Assembly (NCBI GenBank): GCA_951406725.2
Contig: OX597819.1
Coordinates: 114,328,001-114,392,000, forward strand
Length of the DNA: 64,000 bases
DNA from: Octopus vulgaris
Taxonomy: Eukaryota
Reading direction: 5' to 3'
Of the stretch, positions 10,626 to 22,600 are shown piece after piece. The stretch's first letter is position 1. Every line of letters begins with the position of its first letter. The position numbers were made by a program, and so were the translations under genes. The notes under the pieces are model-generated. The model was not told the origin of the DNA and made no database searches. It worked only from the letters and a program-made list of their open reading frames with translations.

Positions 10626-13600
10626 GTAAGTATCTTTCAGTTTGTAGATGTCTGCATACAGGTATTGCATGAGGGGCTTGAATATCTGAATAATGCTTAC
10701 GTTTTTGAAACAATTATCTCACCTTTTAATTAGTTGTTCTTAGATACACTCTTTCTACATGTAAACCAGTTACACACACATGATACATAATATTCTTTTA
10801 CACATACATACATTCACTCTCTCTTTATCTCACATGCACCACACACAGATACACACATTCTGTTATTGGCGATGAGCTGGCAGAAACGTTACCACGCCGG
10901 GCGAAATGCTTAGTGGTATTTCGTCTGCTGCTACGTTCTGAGTTCGAATTCCGCCGAGGTCGACTTTACCTTTCCTCCTTTCGGGGTCGATTAAATAAGT
11001 ACCAGTTACGCACTGGGGTTGATAATCGACTTAATCCGTTTGTCTGTCCTTGGTTGTCCCCTCTATGTTTAGCCCCTTGTGGGTAATAAAGAAATAGGTA
11101 TTTTGTCTGCTGCTATGTTCTGAGTTCAAATTCCGCTGAGGTCGACTTTACCTTTCCTCCTTTCGGGGTCGATTAAATAAGTACCAGTTACGCACTGGGG
11201 TTGATAATCGACTTAATCCGTTTGTCTGTCCTTGGTTGTCCCCTCTATGTTTAGCCCCTTGTGGGTAATAAAGAAATAGGTATTTTGTCTGCTGCTATGT
11301 TCTGAGTTCAAATTCTGCCGAGGTCGACTTTGCCCTTCATCCTTTTGGAGTCAATTAAATAAGTACCAGTTACGCACTAGGGTCGATATAATCGACTTAA
11401 TCCATTTGTCTGTCCTTGTTTGTCCTCTCTGTGTTTAGCCCCTTGTGGGTAGTAAAGAAATAGGTGTCAGTCATTGGAAGTTGCCTATGCTAATTCTAAT
11501 TCTGAGGTGATCTAACAAAACCAAAACAAATTACCATTCTAAGGCAAAGATTAGATTTGCTCTCCATTGCATTGCTTACATTCTATTTTTAATCAGTTAA
11601 CATTTCAGGATTATCTTCCCCACCTTTCTTGATCATTAAGCTATGATCATTTCTTCTCCCCATACATGGAATAATTATTGATTAAAATATCTTGACTCAT
11701 TGTAACATGAATCTTGTCAAAAGAACCAGTTAAGTATTGTAGTTGATATTGTCATCTATCCCCTCTCACCAAAATGAATAGGGCTGATTACTCATTAAAT
11801 GATACCTTTGATTATGGAAACTTCAATTAAGTGCTTCTTTTTATTCAAATTAACATGTGGGATAAATAAATAATTGTAAGTAGTGATTCGAAAGATAATT
11901 ACAATTTTGCCTATTGATTTTTCAAGTTCTAAGAATCAATTAAATGCTATAAACCACTTATGTTAAAGATATATGGTTTTGTGTCAATATCGGTTTCAAA
12001 TTTAGGCACAAGGCCAGCAGGATTGGAGGTGGAGCTGAGTCAATTAAATCGACCCCAGTGTTCAACTTGTACTTACTTTACCAACCCTGAAAAGACAACT
12101 GGCAAATTTGACCCTGGGGGAATTTGAACTCAGAATATTAGGACAGCTGAAATGCTGCTAAGTGTTTTGCCCAGCATGCTAACAATTCTGCCAGCTTGCT
12201 GCCTTGTTTTGTGTCAATATTTGAAAGTATGATTATTATTTCCCTTTTTTTTTTTTTTTAAATTTAGGAACAGATTATGGAAACTCAGAAGTGTTTTTCT
12301 GGACTCAAAGAATGGAAAAAACCAGCGAAGAATCTCATGATATATTCTGCTAAACACTTCAAACCTTTTCTGCCAACCAACCCAGATTTCATGAACTCTG
12401 TGGGTAAAGTCTACACACTGTGGGAGGGCAGTAGATTCCAGTACATCACTGGACAGATGCCAAGCAGCAACAGATATTTTCCATCTCTATTCAAAGACAA
12501 CCAAGCTATTTTTCACAGTCTCCTTTCTATGTTTCACCCACGCCCATTTCTCCTGTCGCGTTTTGAACCACAAGGAGCTGTGGCTTGCGTTAGAGCATAC
12601 AATTCTGAGTTTGTGGACATAGCTTTTAGGTAAGAGATAACATGTAACATCTCATGTTCTTTGAAATATATTTAAATTGCTATTTTGGCAGAAGACCACA
12701 TTTAACTGATTGACTCAGTCCTATGCTGTAAATGAAGGCATGACTAGGTGGTTGAGAAATTTGTTTGCGCACATATCATCTATGAGAGCCTTGGTGTAAT
12801 CATGCATGTGAGTGAAAGTTTCCCTATGAAAGCTGTGGAAGTCATCAGAGCTGTTGCTGGTCTTGGGTGGTAGATTTAATCCATTGCCGGATTTAACACT
12901 ACACTTCATATGTGGTGTCTTTAACAGGGACCGCCCTATCGCTAGGATCTGGGCCATGTTTCTGGTCTAAGGATAACTTCATCTCTTCCTTCCACCTGTC
13001 TCAGAAAAGGGTTATGGGAGTAGTCCTTATTTCTCTAACTTAAGCCATTAAAGAATAACAAATGAGTTGTAATCATTTAAAATTTCTTGAATGAAGTTGG
13101 TTTAGAAAGAAAAAAATTGAATAAGGTTAGATATCAAGCTTGGTGCCCTGTCACTTATGCTGGATCACCTCACTCATTACCATCACCATCATCATCATCA
13201 TCGTTATCACTCAAATAATTATTATAGGAGTCAGCAGAGAAACTTTTATAACAGCAACAATTTTTCTAAAGAGATTGCATAAGCTAATTACAGAAATTCT
13301 TTGTACTTGCTCAACCTGTTCAAGGGAGCCTCTTCATTGTTGCCTGGCTTTCCAGAAACAGTAGTCAAATCTCTTTTAAATCACACTCTATTGTTTTAAA
13401 CAATAATTTGATGGATAATATAATCAGGAGTACACTCTTGCTTGGAAATAAAAAGCAGGGTTGGTCATGGTTGGAATACCTTCGATTACAGATCTGCTCA
13501 GTCATAGTCAGCTTGGGGCTAAACAGAAACCTGTTCAAGTGCAAGCCAACAAGTGTGCTTCTTTGTGATAAGATTATTCTGTCAAATGCAATGCTTATTT

Positions 13601-16600
13601 ATTCAATTGTTACCCCATAACGTACCCCCAAAATAAGTACTGGGCTTCATTTGTTCAATTAAACCCTTCAAGGTAGTGCCCCAGTATGGCCACTGTCCAG
13701 TGGCTGAAACAAGTAAAAGGTAGAAGATAGAACTCATTAGGAAAACCTGTATTCATTGCATAACCTCCAAATTTATGCTGGAGAAAAGAGGTTGTGATGT
13801 TTATGCCTTTATCATGAAGGATGAGAGTTACAAGAAGTAAATGTTACAAGTAAAAGATTGCTTAGAAATCACAGGTTCAGTCCAACGTTATTTTACTGAT
13901 ATATGTTAATACATAAAGCATGATGGGCCACGATCGTGGCTGTCAGGCACAGGTCAACAGGCCACAATCATGGCTCGGATAGATGCATTTAACTTATGGG
14001 TGTTTGTTGGGGTCTAATGTCACTCGAAGGCTCTGATACCCCCCCCCCCCCTCCGCCCCAGAATGCAAGAGGACTAATTGTTCAACTTTTCAGATGATGT
14101 AGATGATGACTTTTCAGATGATGTAGAACTTGCTACCATTATATACTAAGAAGATATTTTAACCATTTTTTGTTTTTTATGTGTGCATGGTAGTTTCATT
14201 GTCATAAAATGTGCTCAGGAGTCCATGCTATGTAAGTGCAAATCCCAGTGCTTTATGGGTTAAACATAAAATGTGTCTTTCTTATCATCAGGCATAAACC
14301 ACACAGATTTAAGTAATAATTTTTGTAGTCATAGTTGTACATGATCTGTTTGATAATCTGAAATAAGTCATGATTTGTCTCCTAATCTATGTTAATCTAT
14401 TCAGATTAATCAGCCACTCAGATTTTCATTGAGATTTTATTTCTCAATATCTATCACTACTAAAGTGACGAACTGACAGAATCATTAATTAACACTCTGG
14501 GCCAAATTCTTAGTGGCATTTCGTCCATCTGCATGTTCTGAGTTCAAATCCCACCAAGGCATGCCTGTCACTAAGGAGGTGGGGGGAGGGGGGCCACTAG
14601 ACTGCACTGCTCCCTCACTATTGGTGCACCCTCAGATTTAGAAAATACAATTTACAAAAATCTTCCTGCAATACAAATTTGTGCCTACCCAGAATATTCT
14701 GAAGCACCCCCAGGTACCAAAGTCTAGCAACACGCCTGCGCTGATGTCAATTTTACCTTTCATCCTTTTGGTGGGGGTCGATAAAATAAGTGCCAGCTGA
14801 GCACTTGGGTCGATGTAATTGACTTACTCCCTTTCTTGCAATTGCTGGCCTTGTGCCAAAATTTGAAATTAATATCTACACTCACTGAGTGGTTGGCGTT
14901 AGGAAGGGCATTCAGCTGTAGAAACACTGCCAGATCAGACTGGAGCCTGGTGCAGCCTTCTGGCTTCCCAGATCCCCGGTCGAACTGTCCAACCCATGCT
15001 AGCATGAAGAACGGACGTTAAATAATGATGATGATGATGATAGAAGGAGCGAGCTAGCAGAATTGTTACTGCTCTAGACAAAATGCTTAGCAGCATTTCT
15101 TCCAGCTTTGCATTCTGAGTTGAAACTCCACCGAGCGGTTGATACAATAAGTACCAATCAAGCACTGGGGTTGATGAAACTAACTGACCCCTTCCTATGG
15201 AATTGCTGGCCATGTGCCAAAATTTGAAACCAATAGCTATCATTATTATTTTTCTTTGTTTTGTTATTATCAGAATTTTAGAACAGTGCTTTTTAAACTA
15301 TGGGTCACGACCCAATTTGGGGGTCGTGAAGTGAAATGCTGGTGTCACGAAGATTAAATTCAAACACTTGAATTTCAGTTTATATGTTACTAGCAGCTAA
15401 GCCCAGTTTCACCCGGTCTGTTTGGATGGACATGTATGTGTGCATGTGTGCATGCTTGTGCTTGTGTATGTGAGAGAGAAAGAGGGTGAGAAAGAGAGAT
15501 AGAGTGAGTGAAGGTATGTGTCATGATGATTGACGTCTTTTAAGGTACACACACATACATAGAAAATGTGAGGTCATCATGTAAAATTTTTACAATAGTT
15601 GATTGATGGAAAAGATTATATTAAATTTTTGAAATGCAAATATGTGAATGAAAATTAAGTTCAGACCTCTACATGGTAGCTAGACATGGTAGAAATAGCT
15701 GCCAAATCTCCCTCAAAACACCCTACTGTCTTAATCCGACAATTCTGCCTATTATGTAGTTTTAATGAGAAACTGTAACTAAAGATTAAGATTATTAACC
15801 TCACAAAGAGGTGAAAGAAGAGAGACAGCATAGCGAAATTTTTAGCTGACTGTCATCCTGTACTCCCCTTGCTGCTAGCGAAATGGTATATGCTGGCTGT
15901 ATGAGCAACTGGCTGTTTTAATGGTGGAACAAACAGGGGAATTCCATTAGTAAAAGTTTTAATCGATTTTCTCTGTAACTATGGGGGCTAGGAAAAAAAT
16001 ACAAACCGCATTCCAATCTATGCACCCATCTCCACATGTGTGCCATTTTTCATGCAAATCCACCCAGCCGTTTTACTGTGAACCTGAAGACAAGAAAGAA
16101 TATAACGATTGCCCATGTTCAATTTATATCATAGATTTCACAAATGCATATTTAATACCTAGGGTTGTGAAAAATCTTGCGATGAAAAATGGGGTCATGA
16201 ATGAAAAAGTTTAAGAAATGCTGTTTTAGAACATGTGACAAAGTGCCTTAGTATTTAGTTATAGCCCTTTAGAACATCTTATAGTATTTAGTTAGAGCCT
16301 TTCACATACTGAATTCAAATTTAGCCGAGGCTGATTTTGCATTTCATTCTTTCAGGGTTATTGAAATAAGTATCACTCATGTACTTGGGTTGATATTATA
16401 AACTACCTTTTCTCACCAAAACTCTCTCAGTATTTCCTGTCTACTCTAGAACCATCAACAGGAGTGTCTTGGATTTAACATCAAGACACCTGCCCATCAA
16501 GTCTGCTTGGATCAGAGCTTAGATGGACTGTCTGATACTCAGACATTCCCATGACAATTACATGTTTTCAGAGTATTTATAATCACTGTGATTATGCAAA

Positions 16601-19600
16601 TCATAATCAAGATTGTATAAAAAGTGACGGTAAATGCCATGTACACATGGATATTGAAGTAACAGTATATGGGAACAAGATGTCATGTTTCCCATCATTA
16701 CTAGTCATTATGGCAATACCTAGCGCTAATCTTCTCATGAGATTGTTCTGTGCTAGGTATGGGTGTGTATACGAAACAACTGACTAAGACAGAGAAATAT
16801 ATATACAATTAGATTCTTATAAAGAGCTGAAACTTTACATTTGCAACTTAAAGTTAGTTAGTTAGTTAATTTTTTGGCTCAAAAAGCAAAAAGCAAGGCC
16901 ATGTAGGGGGACATGGAGTTATGTACAGCGTAGTGTTCATGTAAAGAGTTCAGGCCACTTGTGGTCAAGGAAGACTTTGAACCGAGCGGTCGTCGGCATC
17001 TTCACCATCTCGTCTGGCAGCTTATTCCACAGATCTGCAACCTGGATGGAGAAAGCCCCTCTCCTTCGATTGAGATGAAATTGTTGCAGATAGAGCTTTT
17101 CGGAATGACCCCGCAGCCGACGCTCTGGAGCAGGAGTGAAGAACAGCTCTTTTGAGAGGTTACACTTTCCGCTTATGATGTTGTGAGCAAGAATGAGATC
17201 ACCACGACGTCGTCGTTTTTCTAGAGAATAAAGGTCGAGCGTCTTCAGCCTTTCTTCATAAGACAAATTTCCACCTTTCACCTTTTAGTTCCCCAGACGA
17301 CATACATGATCATGATGATGATCATCATCGTTTACGTCTGTTTTCCATGTTAGCATGGGTTGGACGGTTTGACCGGGGTCTGGGAAGCCAGGAGGCTGCA
17401 CCAGGTGCCAGTCTAATCAAGCAGTGTTTCTACAGCTGGATGCTCTTCCTAACACCAACCACTCCGTGGCAGCTGCAGGAGAAATACCTAGCCAAAGATA
17501 AGCCCCTGTACCTGGCTTTTGTTGACATGGAGAAAGCCTTCAACAGGGTCCCTCGATTCCTTATCTGGTGGTCAATGAGGAAACTAGGGATAGATGAATG
17601 GTTAGTGAGAGCTGTGCGAGCCATGTATAGGGACGCTGCTAGTAAGGTAAGGGTTGGCAACGAGTACAGTGAAGAATTCCGGGTAGAGGTAGGGGTCCAT
17701 CAAGGCTCAGTCCTCAGCCCCCTCCTATTTATCATAGTCCTCCAGGCAATAACGGAGGAATTCAAGACAGGATGCCCTTGGGAGTTCCTCTATGCTGATG
17801 ACCTTGCTCTAATTGCTGAGTCGCTATCAGAACTGGAGGAGAAGTTTCAGGTGTGGAAACAAGGATTAGAATCGAAGGGCCTTAGAGTCAATCTAGCTAA
17901 AACCAAAGTCGTAATCAGTAGGAAGGTAGACAAATCACAAACGCCTTCAGGTAGATGGCCCTGCTCGATCTGTAGAAAAGGTGTAGGTAGAAACTCTATA
18001 AGATGCACCAAGTGTAAGCTATGGATACATAAGAGGTGCAGCAATGTCAAAGGAAGGCTAACTAGGAAGATGATTTTTGTATGTGGCAGATGCTCAGGAA
18101 CAATAAACACTGAAAATGCTCTGAGACCAACTTCCGTCACTTTCCAGGGAGAAAAACTAGAAATAGTTGATAGTTTCCGTTACCTAGGTGACCAAGTCAG
18201 CAGTGGGGGCGGGTGTGCTGAAAGTGTAACTGCTAGAGTAAGAATAGCTTGGGCAAAATTCAGAGAGCTCTTACCTCTGCTGGTGACAAAAGGCCTCTCG
18301 CACAGAGTAAAAGGCAGACTGTATGATGCGTGTGTATGAACAGCCATGCTACATGGCAGTGAAACATGGGCCATGACTGCTGAGGATATGCATAAGCTCG
18401 CAAGAAATGAAGCCAGTATGCTCCGATGGATGTGTAATGTCAGTACTCATACTCGGCAGAGTGTAAGTACCTTGAGAGAAAAGCTGGACCTAAGAAGCAT
18501 CAGTTGTGGTGTGCAAGAGAGACGTTTGCGCTGGTATGGTCATGTGGCGAGAATGGATGAAGATAGTTGTGTGAAAAAGTGCCACACCCTAGCGGTTGAG
18601 GGAACCTGCGGAAGAGGCAGACCCAGGAAAACCTGGGACGAGGTGGTGAAGCACGACCTCCGAACTTTAGGTCTCACTGAGGAAATGACTAGAGACCAAG
18701 ACCTCTGGAAGTGTGCTGTGCGCGAGAAGACCTGGCAGGACAAGTGAGTCCATAACCTGTGGCCTCCTACATGGGATGGAGCCAGCCTACGTATGCATAC
18801 CTTCCCTTCTTGGGACACAAAACTCTACTTGTGAAGACCTGTTGAGGCAAGTGAGGATCAGAGTCGAAATCGATCAATGGAAATTGCAGATGTGTTACCA
18901 GTGCCGGTGGCATGTAAGAGAACCATCCGTTTGCGACTGTTGCCAGCGCCGCCCCGACTGGCCTCGTGCCGGTGGCACGTAAAAAGCACCATCCGTTCGT
19001 GTCCGTTGCCAGCCTCACCTGGCCCCCGTGCCGGTGGCACATAAAAAGCACCATCCGTTCATGGCCGTTTGCCTGCTCTGTCTGGCACGTAAAAAGCACC
19101 CACTACACTCACAGAGTGGTTGGCGTTAGGAAGGGCATCCAGCCGTAGAAACACTGCCAGATCTGACTGGGCCTGATGAAGCCTTCTGGCTTCACAGACC
19201 CCAGTTGAACCGTCCAACCCATGCTAGCATGGAAAACGGACGCTAAACGATGATGATGATGATGATGATGAATGTATAATATTGTATATATCAAAAACCT
19301 CAGTATTCAGTTTCATGTTTACATATTTAAAATATTCTTTCTTCTCATTTCCATCTTTAATTCATACAGAATACATGCAGAATTCCAGCTGAATGAACGA
19401 CCAAACCTTCCATTTTGGTTCACTCCAGCATATTTCTTTGGCAATCTCATCATCAACAAAAATGCTACATCTCTCCTGAAGTTCAATCTTGCTGTACCAA
19501 CTCACAATAAACTCAATGTTGGTTAGTAGAAGTAATTGAAAATATATTGTATTGCTGTGTTGTGGTTTATGTGCCTGGTGTGCATATGTCTGTCTGTATG

Positions 19601-22600
19601 TGTATCTGTGTGTTTATGATGCTATTTGAAGACTGGTGTGTGAATAAACTACATTTATACAACCCTAATAATGTATAACCTGTTGATGGGGTGTTGCTCA
19701 TTTGAATTAGTGGTACCCAGACTGAAGGGGAAATTGGTTTCTTGGCTGAAAGTTCAAATAGTTTCTTTTCCTGTCACCAGTACTGCACTGTGCCCATAGC
19801 CAAAACACCTATGCTATCTCCCCACACCTAACTGTCATTAGCAACTGTAAGCTGAGACAGTCTATCAGTATATGCAAGGATAAGATGCTCCTAGTACTGG
19901 GTTCTTCAAATTCTTCTATGAATATAGCTTGAAGAAAGATAGAATGTTTCAAGACTGTATGAATAAGGAGTTTGCTTTTTGACCTTGTGGTTTTGGATTC
20001 AGTCCCACAGCATGGAAAGTGTCTTATACTATGGTGCTGGGTCAATAAAACCCTGTGAGTGGGTTTGGTAAATGGAAACTGAAAGAAACCTGTTGCATAT
20101 GTGTGTGTGTATGTGTGTGTGTGTGTTCTTGTCTTGACATCATAGAATACTTATGAGTTACTATCATTCAAGCAGAGTCCTTCATTTCCAATCTTCCAAG
20201 AACACATGTGAGGCCTTGGTGAAGTATTATCTTGCCTGGACACAAGCCAAAGTTGGTGACAGGAAGGGCATCTAGCCATAGGAAAAATCTGACTCCTGCA
20301 AGCATGGAAAATGTGGATGTTAAAACAATGGAGATGACAACGATGGTATATTCAAGCCAGCATCTTATAATGCAATAGGATTTAGAAAGTACTCATGCAT
20401 ACACACACATAAAAATGCTCATGCATGCCTATACATACTTGCACGCACACAAACACACCATGTATACATAGACAAATGTACACATACTCTCCTTCACAAA
20501 CTTATATACCCATACATGCAAAACATCCCACAATACAAACGTTTCATGTTTTACAACTCTGAATGTCTTTCAGACATGGAATGGCTGACAAATGTGGCTG
20601 ATGAAGTCAATATGGAAGTCAACATTGGATTTCTACCCAAAATGGAACTGAAGTCCCTCAGCAGATCTACTGTTCACGCTAACCAGCTTGATTTTGAAGG
20701 TATTGATGAGGCGGTCACCAACCAAGAAATATCATCTATTTCATGGACGGAAGAAATCTCCATGGAAGAAGCAATGAAAAGTATGGAAGTCAAAATGTTT
20801 CCCTTTAAGGAAGTAGGTTACTTTAGTAGAATATTTTATTTCTTTTGTTGGACTTTTTGCATTGTGTTTGTTGGAACTGTTGCTAAGCAACAGACCATGT
20901 GTATGTTTATATACATTGTGTGTGCATATTTATGTCATGTAGTGTGAGTGTTTTAAGATATACCCTACATAATGCAGTTGTGCAGATTATAAGGAAGGGG
21001 CCTTTTACATGCTTGCTTGACCAATGAACCAATAAGAACCTCTGTACAGTCACTCGACATAATAGAAATAGCTGTCAAATATTCTTTAAATTATACTCTA
21101 TCATCTTAAAATATAAGATATCAAAGTCTATCTAAATGTGGAATTCTGTCTGTCTGGGACACCTGTATCTCAGACTACATTTGCTCCGTATAGAAATATC
21201 ATACCTTTTTGGAATCAGGATGATCCCTGGATTGAAAATCTGCCCTTCATTTGGTTCTTGAACATCCAGTATTGGGATTTCATTTTAAAACATTTGGATT
21301 GCTATTTCTAGCAGGTAAAGCTTGGTTGATTCATGCTTTCTTGGTTGGCATTTGTCAGATGATGCCAGAGATGAAGGAGTGTGATAAATGACATTAATTT
21401 TGTTAATTTTATGCCGAGATGAAAACTTTTGGACAAATTGGCCAACTTGGGACTGGAACAATAGAATGATTGCAATCCAGAATGAATTTTCATCTGTCCT
21501 TAACTTCTGATCACACCACTGGGGCATATAATCATTATAGATGTATTATAGTCATGTTCTTTAGCTCTCTTTAGTTTTGGGCCTCAGACCCAATTAGCCC
21601 TCTGCAGGAGTTAGACTAAAAGTCTGCATGGAGTGCAGCTTTTAAGCTTGTATTAGATAAATGAAACAAGATAGAATGGTTACAGTTGGAATACATTTGA
21701 TTTTTGTCAACCAAAATTTGGCTAAAAAAACAATATAAACTTGGGCTAAAAACGACATAGATTATAATACAATGTGTGTATTATAAAAAGTGATGTATGA
21801 TTGTGCACAATATAAAGGATGTTTCTGTGTTAATACACATATTCTGAGTTGTGTGTGCATATGTTTGTACATGTAGGTGAGCATATAAAAAATTCTTTAT
21901 TATTATTATTATTATTATTTAGCCCCTATTTTAATCCTGCTTATGCAAACCTATGACAAAAAGTGTTCCAGCAATGGCCATCCAATCTATTTAAAAGTAT
22001 GTTGTCTCATGTTCTTTTTTTATTTAAAATAGTATGATGTGATCTGAAGGAAATTAGACTGCTATTTGTAGCAAGTTGAGCAACCATGTAGAGGCTTCTC
22101 CCTGTCATGTGGAAACTGTGCATGATGAAGCTAATCTACATGGTTCAATACTTGAAGAGTGTATGTAGTGTGTAGAGTCAAGTGTGTATGATTTTGTGTG
22201 TGTAGTGTGTGTGTGTGTATATAGTGTTTTTTGTATGTATATTGTGTGTATTGTACCTGTATGTTGAATTTCTACTAAACGCGGAATTATATTTTCAGGT
22301 CCCTTATTACAACTTTACTTCAGCCTTTAAAAAGGCCCAGGCTGTACAGAAATTAGTTCACTCCATCATATTATGGGGTGTACTAGATGATCAGAGTTGC
22401 TGAGGTTCCGGGCGAACCCTGCGAGAGACTGCTCTCCAGAGTTCGCCCGTTATGTCTTTCCTTAAGGAACACTTTATCAGTACTTCCTGCCTTGTTGTTG
22501 ATCTTGAGGTAAGTTGTTGCCAATTTCTGTTCCTTCTCTGCTTGTCGAAAGCTTGTTTTAGGTTAATTTTGGGCAGAAGTTGCAGCTAGTAGTAAAAAAA

